In this document: in pieces, positions 1 to 9,545 of the stretch
How positions within the stretch are numbered: the stretch's first letter is position 1
Layout: each line of letters starts with the position of its first letter
Assembly: GCA_963804645.1 (NCBI GenBank)
Contig: CAWDRG010000015.1
Coordinates: 32,001 to 96,000 of the forward strand
Length of the DNA stretch: 64,000 nucleotides
Direction: 5' to 3'
Origin: an uncultured Bacillota bacterium
Lineage (GTDB): Bacteria; Sysuimicrobiota; Sysuimicrobiia; Sysuimicrobiales; Segetimicrobiaceae
Position numbers and translations under genes: made by a program
The notes under the pieces: generated by a model
Databases searched by the model: none
What the model was told of the DNA's origin: nothing
The model's input: only the letters and a program-made list of their open reading frames with translations

Positions 1-777
1 GAGCTCCCGGCGCGTGAGCTCCGCGACGACGCGCAGGGCGTACTCGATCCGCTTGCGCCGCGTGATCCGCGCCGGCAGCAGGAGCACGATCTGCTGATCG
101 AACAGGCGGAGCGTATCGGCCAGCCACCGCGCGGCCGGGGTCAGGTGCAGCACCGCGGCGGGGTCCACGGCGTTCGGAATCACCTCGATCTGCGCGAGCG
201 GCAGCGCGAGCGCCTGCGCGATCTGCCGCTGGCGTTCGCGCGAGACCGCGACGTACGTCGCCCCCCCAATCGGCGTCGTGAGCAGCGTCCACGGCCGGCC
301 GCGGTGGAGGGCGGGACGATACTGCGGGTTGGTCCAGGCGAGATCGTGGCACCACGCGACGATGCGGAGCGCCGGCGTCGAGGCGGCGAGGCGGTGCAGC
401 GCCGCGGTCAGCGCCAGATTCTTGTGCAGCGTCAGGACGTTGTGGGCGAGACAGATGTCCACGCCTTTGAGCGCGCGTCCGAGCGCGTCCTCCAGCTGGG
501 AACTGAGCACGTCGAACGCCGGCCCGGCACGTCCGTCCTCCAGCTGCTGCGTGACGGCCATGACCCGGCGGTGTCGGGAGTCGGCGAGCGGCACGCGCTG
601 GAGCCGCACCCCGCCGCCCACCGCCTGGGCGCGCCCGGCGACGAGACGCACCTCGAACCCTTCCGCGGCGAGCAGGCGCGCCTGCCGCGCCACGATCTGT
701 TCGACCCCACCGGGCACCGGCGGGGCCGTATAGTGCAGGAGCGCGACCGTGGGCAGCGCGCGTCGCGACACAGCCAT
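1..777 (-). CDS. GT4-family glycosyltransferase, MggS-like (runs off left edge of window)
   Basis: Manual translation from ATG 777: MAVSRRALPTVALLHYTAPPVPGGVEQIVARQARLL..AHNVLTLHKN..VAWCHDLAW..IPNAVD..LLLPARITRRKRIEYA. GT-B/GT4 motifs. Start overlaps the upstream stop (TGATG). Absent from the ORF track because it is truncated. Confidence 0.8.
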   Translation of the reverse strand, partial: MAVSRRALPTVALLHYTAPPVPGGVEQIVARQARLLAAEGFEVRLVAGRAQAVGGGVRLQRVPLADSRHRRVMAVTQQLEDGRAGPAFDVLSSQLEDALGRALKGVDICLAHNVLTLHKNLALTAALHRLAASTPALRIVAWCHDLAWTNPQYRPALHRGRPWTLLTTPIGGATYVAVSRERQRQIAQALALPLAQIEVIPNAVDPAAVLHLTPAARWLADTLRLFDQQIVLLLPARITRRKRIEYALRVVAELTRREL

Positions 778-1163
778 CAGCGGCGGGGCGCGGGAGGCGT
801 CGCGCGCGCGGCGCCGTCGCGCCGCCGCCGGTCGAGCCGCCAGTTGGTCAGGCGGCGCACATATCGGGCGAGCGCTTCGGCGTCATCCGGCGGCAGCGTC
901 CCGATGCGCCAGTTGATCTCGCGGACGATCTCCCCGGAGGTCATGTCGGGCAGGACGACGCGGTTGCGGGATCGCGCCGGGGGCGGGGCGTCGGTGCGCG
1001 TCAGGCGCAGCCGCTCCATCATCTCAAGCACGTGGAGCTTGCTCTGCCGCGGCAGCACGTAGGCCGTGACCTTGATGAACTCGCGGTCGCGCAGGAGCGC
1101 CCGGACGTTGACGGCCTCGGGTTCCTGGTGCGATTTGGGTCGCGGTCCCGGTGCAGGTGCCAC
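777..1163 (-). CDS. hypothetical protein (128 aa), translationally coupled to the glycosyltransferase
   Basis: GTG start with strong SD (GGGGAGGAG, 1171-1179); stop overlaps the GT start; protein-like composition. Confidence 0.6.
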   Translation of the reverse strand: MAPAPGPRPKSHQEPEAVNVRALLRDREFIKVTAYVLPRQSKLHVLEMMERLRLTRTDAPPPARSRNRVVLPDMTSGEIVREINWRIGTLPPDDAEALARYVRRLTNWRLDRRRRDGAARATPPAPRR

Positions 1164-1291
1164 GCGCGCGCTCCTCCCCGGCTGCGCTGGTCGCGCGCCG
1201 CGGCGATCGGGGTGTGGGAGGGGGTTCGGGTTCGCCCGGGACTCTCCCTGCGGCGTGCGGGATCATGGCGGCGCCCGGCGAATAGGTGGGC

Positions 1292-2350
1292 ATGCCGTTC
1301 CTTGACGATTCCTCTCTGCGCACGTCGCGTGACCCGTCGGACATGCTCGGGACCGTGCTGGCGATGCCCGCCCAGCTGCGTGAAGCGTGGCAGCGGAGCG
1401 CCGCGGCGCCGCCCCCCGCGCCGGCGGCGGCGCCGGATCACGTCGTCGCCGTCGGGATGGGTGGCTCCGCCATCGCGGCGGATCTCCTGGCCGCGTCGCT
1501 GCGGGGCCGCCTCGGGCTCCCGTTCGCGGTGGTGCGCGACGGACAGCTGCCCGCCTACGTCGGTCGGCGATCGCTCGTGATCGCCACGAGCTATTCGGGG
1601 GAGACGGGGGAGACGCTCGCGGCCGCGGACGCCGCCCTCCACGCCGGAGCACGTCTCGTGGCCATCACCTCGGGCGGGCGCCTCGCGGCGCTCGCCGCGC
1701 GGCACGGCACCGTCCTTACCGTGCGGGGCGGCCTGCAGCCGCGCGCCGCGCTCGCGTATCTGCTCGCGCCGATGCTCGCGGCGCTCGCCGCATGGGGCAT
1801 GGTGCCGCCGGCCGAGCCCGAGGTCGTCGAGGCCGCCGACGTGCTCGACGCGGTCGTCCGGGACGCGGCTCCGGAAGTCCCAACGGGCGCCAACCCCGCG
1901 AAGGATCTGGCCGAACGGTGGGTCGACCGGATTCCCGCGGTCTACGCGGGGTCGCCGGACGTGGCCCCCGCGGCGCGCCGCTGGAAAACACAGCTGAACG
2001 AGAACGCGAAGACGCTCGCGCTGTGGGATACGTTTCCCGAGCTGACCCATAACGAGGTCGTGGGGTGGGGCCTTCCCGAGGATCTGGCCGGCCGCCTGGC
2101 CGCCGTCGTCCTGCTCGGGGGAGGCGAGGGACCGGCGGATCTCCGCCGCATCCGCGTCACCCAGGAGACGGCCCTCCGACGGGCGGGGAACGTGAGTGAG
2201 GTCCGGGCCCGCGGCGACGGGGCGCTCGCCAGGGTGCTGTCGCTCGTGCTCCTCGGCGACCTCGCGAGCGTGTACCTCGCGTACCGCCGCGGCATCGATC
2301 CGACTCCGGTCGCGGCGATCGACGCGGTGAAGCGCGGGGTGCTGCCTTGA
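1292..2350 (+). CDS. bifunctional phosphoglucose/phosphomannose isomerase (SIS domains)
   Basis: GMGGSAI, SYSGETGET, ITSGG, RWKTQLNENAK and PELTHNEVVGW motifs. Confidence 0.9.
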   Translation: MPFLDDSSLRTSRDPSDMLGTVLAMPAQLREAWQRSAAAPPPAPAAAPDHVVAVGMGGSAIAADLLAASLRGRLGLPFAVVRDGQLPAYVGRRSLVIATSYSGETGETLAAADAALHAGARLVAITSGGRLAALAARHGTVLTVRGGLQPRAALAYLLAPMLAALAAWGMVPPAEPEVVEAADVLDAVVRDAAPEVPTGANPAKDLAERWVDRIPAVYAGSPDVAPAARRWKTQLNENAKTLALWDTFPELTHNEVVGWGLPEDLAGRLAAVVLLGGGEGPADLRRIRVTQETALRRAGNVSEVRARGDGALARVLSLVLLGDLASVYLAYRRGIDPTPVAAIDAVKRGVLP

Positions 2351-2417
2351 GCGCGTCACGCGGGATCCCGGCGTGTCCGGCGCGCGAGACACTTCAGGCC
2401 TCGGGAGGAGGGGACGT

Positions 2418-2849
2418 ATGCACAAGTGGCGCGCATGGATGTCGGCGGTCGCCCTGAGCACCGCGCTGGTGTCCGCGATCTCGGTGGAGCAGGCGTTCGG
2501 GCTCGATGTCTCGGGAGTCACGGTGGGGACGCGGCCCACGCTGATCAGCGGCGGCGGCATCTATCCCGTCCCGGGATCCGTGAAGACCCCCGCGGTCTTC
2601 AAGCTCCGAATCCGGGTCATCACCAAGGGAAGAAGCCTGCTGTTGTGTCTCGGCACCCAAAGCGACTTCAGCGCCGGCACGTGCCCGCAGCCGATCGAGA
2701 ACTCGAGCCGCGACGCGTCCGGGCAATTCAGAGACGGGCTGGGCGTGGTCGACACGGCCGAACTCCTCGGAAAGCTGCTCTACGTCAAGAACATCACGTC
2801 CGGTGTGCGGCCGAACGATGTCGCGAGTTTCACGCTGGCCGTCGAGTGA
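2418..2849 (+). CDS. hypothetical secreted protein, beta-rich, 2 Cys
   Basis: SD GGAGGAGG before ATG 2418; signal-peptide-like N-terminus ending AFG. Confidence 0.6.
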   Translation: MHKWRAWMSAVALSTALVSAISVEQAFGLDVSGVTVGTRPTLISGGGIYPVPGSVKTPAVFKLRIRVITKGRSLLLCLGTQSDFSAGTCPQPIENSSRDASGQFRDGLGVVDTAELLGKLLYVKNITSGVRPNDVASFTLAVE

Positions 2850-3009
2850 CCGCCCGCGTTGCGAGCACCGCTGTCTGCGGCACCGCGGCGGGGCCCAGGC
2901 CGACAAGGGGAGTGCCCCCGGCGCGTCGTAGAACCGGGGAAGCACGGCGGAAACTCACATTGCGCGGCGGTGCCGCGCTGAGACTGGTCCGCCGTCTGGG
3001 AGGCGTGCA

Positions 3010-4110
3010 ATGGCGAAGGTGATGCTCGAGGAGATCGTCAAGCAGTTCGGCAACGTCGTCGCGGTGAACCACGTCTCGCTCGAGATTCCCGACAAGCAGT
3101 TTACGGTGCTGGTGGGCCCGTCGGGGTGCGGCAAGACGACGTGCCTGCGGCTGATCGCGGGCCTGGAGGAAGCGACGTCGGGCAACATCTACATCGGCGA
3201 TCGGATCGTCAACGACGTGGCGCCCAAGGACCGCGACATCGCGATGGTGTTCCAGAACTACGCGCTGTATCCGCACATGACCGTGTACGACAACATGGCG
3301 TTCGGCCTGCGTCTCCGCAAGTACTCGCGGCCCGAGATCGACCGGCGGGTGAAAGAGGCGGGGGAGATGCTCGGGATCCAGTCGCTGCTCAACCGGAAGC
3401 CGAAGCAGCTCTCGGGCGGGCAGCGGCAGCGGGTCGCGCTCGGCCGCGCGATCGTTCGGGAGCCGCAGGTGTTCCTGATGGACGAGCCGCTCAGCAACCT
3501 CGACGCGAAGCTGCGCGTCCAGACCCGCGCCGAGATCAAGAAGCTGCATGCGCGCCTCCAAACCACCACGGTGTACGTCACCCACGACCAGGTCGAGGCG
3601 ATGACGATGGGCGACAGCATCGTGGTGATGAAGGACGGGCTGGTGCAGCAGGTGGACAACCCGCTGAACCTGTACGATCGGCCCGCCAACCTGTTCGTGG
3701 CCGGGTTCATCGGGTCGCCGGCGATGAACTTCCTCGAGGCCAGGCTGGTGCAGCAGGACGGCACGCTCATCGTGGACGCCGACGTGTTCCGCACCGAGGT
3801 CCCCGCCGCCGCGGCTCCGAAGCTCGCGGGGCTGGTCGGCAAGCCGGTTATCTTCGGCATCCGTCCGGAGGACATCCACGACAGCGCGTTCCACCAGTCC
3901 ATCGTGAACGGCTCGGTCTTCAAGGCGACCGTCGACGTGCACGAGCCGCTCGGGTCAGACATCATCCTGTACCTGACCGCTGGGAAGCACAGCCTCGTCG
4001 CCCGGGTCGATGCGCGCAGCCAGGCCAGAATGGGGCAGACGACCGAGGTGATGATGGACACGGCGAAGATGCACCTGTTCAACGCCGAGACGCACGAGGC
4101 CGTGCTGTAG
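3010..4110 (+). CDS. carbohydrate ABC transporter ATPase (MalK/MsmX/UgpC family)
   Basis: Walker A GPSGCGKT, signature LSGGQRQR, Walker B FLMDEP, VTHDQ, C-terminal TOBE domain. Confidence 0.95.
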   Translation: MAKVMLEEIVKQFGNVVAVNHVSLEIPDKQFTVLVGPSGCGKTTCLRLIAGLEEATSGNIYIGDRIVNDVAPKDRDIAMVFQNYALYPHMTVYDNMAFGLRLRKYSRPEIDRRVKEAGEMLGIQSLLNRKPKQLSGGQRQRVALGRAIVREPQVFLMDEPLSNLDAKLRVQTRAEIKKLHARLQTTTVYVTHDQVEAMTMGDSIVVMKDGLVQQVDNPLNLYDRPANLFVAGFIGSPAMNFLEARLVQQDGTLIVDADVFRTEVPAAAAPKLAGLVGKPVIFGIRPEDIHDSAFHQSIVNGSVFKATVDVHEPLGSDIILYLTAGKHSLVARVDARSQARMGQTTEVMMDTAKMHLFNAETHEAVL

Positions 4111-4292
4111 CGCGCCCGCGGGGCCAAGTGTTCGTCGAGCCTTAACATGGTGCTCATGGACGCCGGGGCCGCGCCCGTGCATGATGAGGCCGCGGCCGGG
4201 GCGGTCACCCGGTCGGGGGGGAGGCGTACCCGCATGAATGTCGTACCGGCCACCGCAGCGCGCGGGCGTCGCCGCGTGGGAGGCTGCCCGTC

Positions 4293-5801
4293 GTGACGGC
4301 ACGGCTTCTGGCGGTGCTGCTCATCGTGTCCTCCCTGGCGCTGGCCGCGCCGCTGCACGCGGCGGGGCGCGGCGGCATGCTGGTGTTCGCCCTCTCGGGG
4401 GGACCCGATACACTCGACCCGCAGCGCACGTCCGCCACCCTCTCGTTTCAGGTGATGAAAAGCCTGTACGACACGCTCGTCGAGCCGGACGCCCATGGGG
4501 TGCTTGTGCCGGGTCTCGCCGCCTCGTGGACGATGTCGCCCGACGGGATCCAGTGGACGTTCCGGCTGAAGCCGAACGTCCGGTTCCACAACGGCAAGGT
4601 GCTCGACGCCGGGGACGTCGCCGCGACGTTCAACCGGATTCTTGACCCCAAGACCGCCTCGCCGAAGCGCGGAGACTTTGCCGCGATCGACCGGGTGGAG
4701 GTGGTCGACCCCCTGACCGTGCGGTTCGTGCTGCGTCAGGCGTTCGCGCCGTTCCTGGCCGCGCTCGGGCAGGGGTGGGGCGCGATCCTGCCGGCGAACG
4801 CGATCGCGTCCGGCAACGACTTCGGGAGCCACCCGATCGGGACCGGTCCGTTTCAGCTGGTCAGCTGGACGCGCGACAGCGCGCTGCAGCTGGGCCGCTT
4901 CAACGACTACTTCATCCGGGGCGAGCCCGCGCTCGACGGCGTGACCTTCCAGTTCGTGACCGAGGATGCGGTGAAGACCGCGGGCCTCCTCGGCGGCCAG
5001 TTCGACGTGGTGGACGCCGTCGATCCGCTTGAAGTCCCGCAGCTCGCGCACGATTCCCGCGTCACAATCGTCCCGCGGCAGAACGCGACCGTGAACGTCG
5101 TCGCGATCAACAACGCCCGGAAGCCCTGGACCGACGTGCGCGCCCGGCAGGCCCTCTGGTACGCGATCGACCGGAAAACGGTGCTGCGGACGGCCTACGG
5201 GCCGGGGTCGACCCCCGTCGCCGAGTTCATGGATGTCCTGAGCCCGTTCTACGTCGATCTCGGCGATCCGTACCCGTACAACCCGGCGAAGGCTCGGCAG
5301 CTGCTGGCCGAGGCGGGCGTCGCGCCGGATCTGTCAATCGATCTCGTGCTGCCCCAGCCATACGCGGCGCACATCAAGGCCGGAGAGCTCGTGCAGGCGA
5401 TGCTCCAGCAGGCCGGGATCCAGGCCAAGATTCGCGTCGTCGAGTTCGGGTACTGGCTCTCGCGGGTCTACACGGGGCCGCACGACTTCGACCTGACGAT
5501 CATCGGCCACACGGGCAAGCTCGATCCCGACGGCCGGCTGGCCGGCTACGGCGACCCGACGCAGAACTACGTGCAGTACAACAACCCGCAGGTGGTCGCC
5601 CTGCTCGACGCGGGGCGGTTCACCCTCCGCGAGGACCTTCGGAAGCGCACGTACGCGGAGGCGCTCCGGCAGATGACCCAGGACGCGATGATGGTGTTCT
5701 TGGGCGAGCCGGAAGACCGGATCATCACGCGGACGGGCGTCCGCAACGTCAAGGAGATGTACGCGATCGATACGTACGATCTTCGCACCGCGACCAAGTA
5801 A
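4293..5801 (+). CDS. peptide/nickel ABC transporter substrate-binding protein (SBP family 5)
   Basis: signal peptide; TLDP, LYDTLV, PGLAASW, FHNG, PIGTGPF and DVRARQAL motifs. Confidence 0.92.
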   Translation: MTARLLAVLLIVSSLALAAPLHAAGRGGMLVFALSGGPDTLDPQRTSATLSFQVMKSLYDTLVEPDAHGVLVPGLAASWTMSPDGIQWTFRLKPNVRFHNGKVLDAGDVAATFNRILDPKTASPKRGDFAAIDRVEVVDPLTVRFVLRQAFAPFLAALGQGWGAILPANAIASGNDFGSHPIGTGPFQLVSWTRDSALQLGRFNDYFIRGEPALDGVTFQFVTEDAVKTAGLLGGQFDVVDAVDPLEVPQLAHDSRVTIVPRQNATVNVVAINNARKPWTDVRARQALWYAIDRKTVLRTAYGPGSTPVAEFMDVLSPFYVDLGDPYPYNPAKARQLLAEAGVAPDLSIDLVLPQPYAAHIKAGELVQAMLQQAGIQAKIRVVEFGYWLSRVYTGPHDFDLTIIGHTGKLDPDGRLAGYGDPTQNYVQYNNPQVVALLDAGRFTLREDLRKRTYAEALRQMTQDAMMVFLGEPEDRIITRTGVRNVKEMYAIDTYDLRTATK

Positions 5802-5810
5802 CCCCGCGCG

Positions 5811-6746
5811 ATGCGCGCGGCCCGCCTGCTCACCCTGATTCTCACGGTCCTCATGACCGCGACGATCGCGTTCGTCCTGCTGCGCGTCGTCCCCGGAGAT
5901 CCGGCCGCGCTGATGCTCGGGCTGGACGCCCCGCCCGCAGAGCTGGCCGTTCTGCGTCATCAGTTGGGAGAGGATCAGCCGATCTGGGCGCAGTATGCGG
6001 CGTGGCTCGGGGGGCTCGCGACCGGACACCTCGGCACGTCGTTTCAGTACCACGCGCCGGTCGCGGCCCTGATCGCGGAGCGGCTGCCGGTCACCCTGTC
6101 GCTTGCGGCTGCCGCGACGGTCGTGACCGTGGTCGTGGCGCTCCCGCTCGGCCTGCTCGCGGCGGTGCGGGCCTGGTCACCGCTCGATCTCGGGGTCCTC
6201 GCCGCGACCCAACTCGGGCTCGCGGTGCCCAACTTCTGGCTCGGCATCCTGCTGCTGCTCGCGTTCAGCGTCTCGCTGCGGTGGTTTCCCCTGCAGGGAT
6301 ACGCTCCGCTCCACGCCGGGGTGGCCGCCTGGGCGGGGCACCTCGTCCTGCCGGCCGTGACCCTCGGGGCCGCACGCGCGGCACAGTTGATGCGCTTCGT
6401 GCGCGGGGCGGCCCTCGAGGAGCTCGGACGGGAGTACGTCCGGACCGCTCGGGGCAAGGGACTCGGCGGGCGGGCCGTGCTGCTCGGGCACGTGCTCCGC
6501 AACGCGCTGATTCCGGTGGTGACGGTCGCCGGGCTGCAGATCGGGTTTCTCCTCGGCGGGGCGATCATCGTCGAGCAGGTCTTCGGGCTCCCCGGGATCG
6601 GCCGCCTCGTGCTGCAGGGCATCTTCGCGCGCGACCTGCCCGTCGTCCAGGGCGCGGTCGTGGTACTGGCGGCGTTCGTCTGCGTGCTGAACGCGGTCGT
6701 CGACCTACTGTACGGCGTCCTGGATCCTCGGGTGAGCGTCGAATGA
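5811..6746 (+). CDS. peptide ABC permease (DppB-like)
   Basis: PGDPA N-terminus; EYVRTARGKG..HVLRNAL EAA loop; RDLPVVQG. Confidence 0.92.
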   Translation: MRAARLLTLILTVLMTATIAFVLLRVVPGDPAALMLGLDAPPAELAVLRHQLGEDQPIWAQYAAWLGGLATGHLGTSFQYHAPVAALIAERLPVTLSLAAAATVVTVVVALPLGLLAAVRAWSPLDLGVLAATQLGLAVPNFWLGILLLLAFSVSLRWFPLQGYAPLHAGVAAWAGHLVLPAVTLGAARAAQLMRFVRGAALEELGREYVRTARGKGLGGRAVLLGHVLRNALIPVVTVAGLQIGFLLGGAIIVEQVFGLPGIGRLVLQGIFARDLPVVQGAVVVLAAFVCVLNAVVDLLYGVLDPRVSVE

Positions 6747-7582
6747 CCCGTCGCCGGAACCGGGCGCTATGGGCGGGGCTGGTGCTGCTCGGCGTGGTGC
6801 TCGTCGGCGTGGGGTATCAGGTGCTGTGGGGCGGGGGCGCCGACGTACGCATCGCGGTCCAGCAGCGCCTCGAACCGCCGAGCGCGACGCACGCGTTCGG
6901 CACCGACGACCTCGGCCGCGACGTGCTGGCGCGGGTGCTGGGCGGCGGCGCGATCGCGTTCCAGGTCGGGCTCGTCGCGGTCGGGATCGGCCTCGTCGGG
7001 GGGACCTTCCTGGCGATGGTCGCCGTGCGGTGGCGGCGGTGGCCGGCGCGAATCCTCGGCGCCGTGATGGACGGCCTGATGGCGTTTCCCGCGATCCTGC
7101 TCGCGCTCGCGATCATCGCCGCGCTCGGCACCGGGTACGTGCAGGCGATGATCGCCATCGGCATCGGGCTGGTGCCGGTGTTCTGGCGGCAGACGCGGGC
7201 GCAGGCGCTCGCGGTCGAGGGCCTCGAGTTCGTGCTGGCCGCGCGCGCGCTCGGCGCGACCGAGGCGCGCGTCCTGTGGCGGCACGTGCTGCCGCAGATC
7301 GCGCCGCTGCTCGTCATTCAGGCGACCACCACGTTCAGCGGCGCCGTGCTCGCCGAAGCGTCGCTCAGCTTTCTCGGCGTGGGCACGCAGCCCCCGCTGC
7401 CGTCGTGGGGGCGGATGCTGCTCGACGCGACGCGCGCGCTCGGGGTGGCGCCGTGGATGGCGATCTTCCCTGGTGTGGCGCTGGCGGTGACCGTGCTGGG
7501 GGTCAACCTCTTCGGCGACGGGCTCCGCGACGCGCTCGATCCCCAACTCCGCCGCCTCACCGGGCGCGAGCCGGTCGTCTGA
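6743..7582 (+). CDS. peptide ABC permease (DppC-like)
   Basis: ATG 6743 overlaps the dppB stop; FGTDDLGRDV, EFVLAARALGA, EASLSFLG and NLFGDGLRDALDP motifs. Confidence 0.92.
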   Translation: MTRRRNRALWAGLVLLGVVLVGVGYQVLWGGGADVRIAVQQRLEPPSATHAFGTDDLGRDVLARVLGGGAIAFQVGLVAVGIGLVGGTFLAMVAVRWRRWPARILGAVMDGLMAFPAILLALAIIAALGTGYVQAMIAIGIGLVPVFWRQTRAQALAVEGLEFVLAARALGATEARVLWRHVLPQIAPLLVIQATTTFSGAVLAEASLSFLGVGTQPPLPSWGRMLLDATRALGVAPWMAIFPGVALAVTVLGVNLFGDGLRDALDPQLRRLTGREPVV

Positions 7583-8044
7583 TCCTCGGATCGAGACCCG
7601 GCACGGCGGCGGCGGGGGCGTGGGGGCGTCGTGCGGAGCCTCCCACGCGTGATTCGGGGCGCGGAAACGTTCGCGCTGGCTGGGCGCGCTCGCGCGGCAC
7701 CTCGATCACCTCGGGGATTGCGCCGAGCGATCCTTCGGTGTCCAGGCATGCGTGGCCGCGGTCGCCCCACCGGCCGCATCCGTTGCCGCTCTGGAGCCGG
7801 GCGGGACCAATCGCCGTGGAACCCGATCGCGATCGTCTCGGCCGCTCCAAGCCCGGAGACGGCGCGCGAGCGCGCAGATGCGCGGGGAGGAGGGCCGCGC
7901 TCAGGATCGAACACACCGCCGCAGACGGCTCCACACCGCTTCGGCTGCGCACACGGCACGCTCGACGCTCGCCACGTCGTGTCAGGGGGGGTGCGGCGTA
8001 CGGATCTGTCCTACACCACACACTTCCGCATCTGAGGAGGCGTC

Positions 8045-8374
8045 ATGTCCACGATCACCTTTGTGTTCATCGCCGGCCTCGTGAAGGCGCTTGTCGATGT
8101 GCTCAAGCGCGTGATTCCGCCGCTGAACAACGACGAGACGGTGTTCGGCGTGGACCACTTCTGGGCAAAGCTCATCGCGGTCGTGCTCTCAGGTGTCTTT
8201 GTCACCGCGTATAACTTCAACCTGCCGGCGACCATTCAGGCGCAGTCGACGTGGCCCGGGCTCGATCGCGCCTTGACGATCGTAGCCGTCGCGTTGTCGG
8301 CGATGGGCATCAACGACATCGGCAACTTCTTCGGACAAGCGGGGTCGGGCCCCGCAGGTGGTGGCGGCGGCTAG
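8045..8374 (+). CDS. small membrane protein, holin-like
   Basis: SD GAGGAGG; 2-3 hydrophobic helices; LVDVLK..LIAVVL..AMGINDI pattern. Confidence 0.6.
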   Translation: MSTITFVFIAGLVKALVDVLKRVIPPLNNDETVFGVDHFWAKLIAVVLSGVFVTAYNFNLPATIQAQSTWPGLDRALTIVAVALSAMGINDIGNFFGQAGSGPAGGGGG

Positions 8375-8506
8375 ACCGGCATCCGATCCACCGGCGCCGT
8401 CGAGCACCCGAACATCGGGCGTGACCCGCGGCACGAGAGTCGTTGATCGCCTCGTGCCCGGGACCGCCGCGTCCCTGCCGCGCTCGCCCGCCCGCGCGCC
8501 GCCGCG

Positions 8507-9388
8507 CTACCCGTGCTGTTCGGGCTCCCGCGGCGCCGCTGGCTGCGGCCCGCCGCGCACGTCCAGGAACGGCTGGAGCAGCCGCGTGAACTCCATCGGG
8601 AACACGATCTTGGTCGCGGGGCTCTGGCCGAGCGACTTGAGCGTGTCGAGGTACTGCAGGCTCATCGTATTGAGGTCGACGTTCTTGGCGACGGAGAAGA
8701 TCCGATCGAGGGCGAGGGAGAAGCCTTCGGCACGGAGGATCGCCGCCTGGCGGTCGCCTTCGGCACTGAGGATCTTCGACTGCTTCTCGCCCTCGGCGAT
8801 CGTGATCGCCGCCTGCTTCTTGCCGTCCGCTTCGGTGACCAGCGCGCGCCGGGTCCGTTCGGCGGACATCTGGCGGTTCATTGCGTCCTGGACTTCCTTC
8901 GGCGGGGTGATCTCGCGGATCTCGACGGTCGTCACCTTCACGCCCCACCGCTCCGTGACGTCGTCGAGCTTCGCCTGCATCACCTGGTTGATCTGCTCGC
9001 GCTTGGCGAGCACGTCGTCGAGGCTGATGTCGCCGATGACGGCGCGGAGGGTGGTCATCGCGATGCCCTGCGCGGCGCCTTGGAAGTTGCCGACCTGGAT
9101 CACGCTGAGGGCGGGATCGATGACCTTGTAGTAGATGAAGAAGTCGATCGAGATTGGCGCGTTGTCCTTGGTGATGCAGGTCTGGGCGGGAATCTCGAGA
9201 TAGAGTTCCCGGAGGTCCGCCAGGACGGCGCGGTCGACCATGGGGATCAGGTAGACGATGCCCGGGCCCTTGGCGCCCATGCTGCGGCCGAGGCGGAACA
9301 CGACGAGGCGCTGGTACTCGCGGACGATCTTCACGCCGCTCCAATACAGCAGGACGACGATGATGATGATCCCGATCAGGACGCCCAT
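8507..9388 (-). CDS. SPFH/stomatin (band 7, QmcA-like) protein
   Basis: N-terminal TM helix; VVFRLG, ITKDN, WGVKVTTVEI and QMSAER..AEGEKQ motifs. Confidence 0.93.
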   Translation of the reverse strand: MGVLIGIIIIVVLLYWSGVKIVREYQRLVVFRLGRSMGAKGPGIVYLIPMVDRAVLADLRELYLEIPAQTCITKDNAPISIDFFIYYKVIDPALSVIQVGNFQGAAQGIAMTTLRAVIGDISLDDVLAKREQINQVMQAKLDDVTERWGVKVTTVEIREITPPKEVQDAMNRQMSAERTRRALVTEADGKKQAAITIAEGEKQSKILSAEGDRQAAILRAEGFSLALDRIFSVAKNVDLNTMSLQYLDTLKSLGQSPATKIVFPMEFTRLLQPFLDVRGGPQPAAPREPEQHG

Positions 9389-9545
9389 GGAAATTCCCCC
9401 TTTTGACGGTCCCTTATCCGTTCGCGCTGTCTGAAGCGGCTCCCTCTGGGCGCGGCGGGAGTGCCACGGACGCGCGGCGAACCACTCAGGCGCGGTCCCG
9501 CCGGATCCCCGGCGCCCCGCAACGACGCGTGCGAGGTGAGCGATC

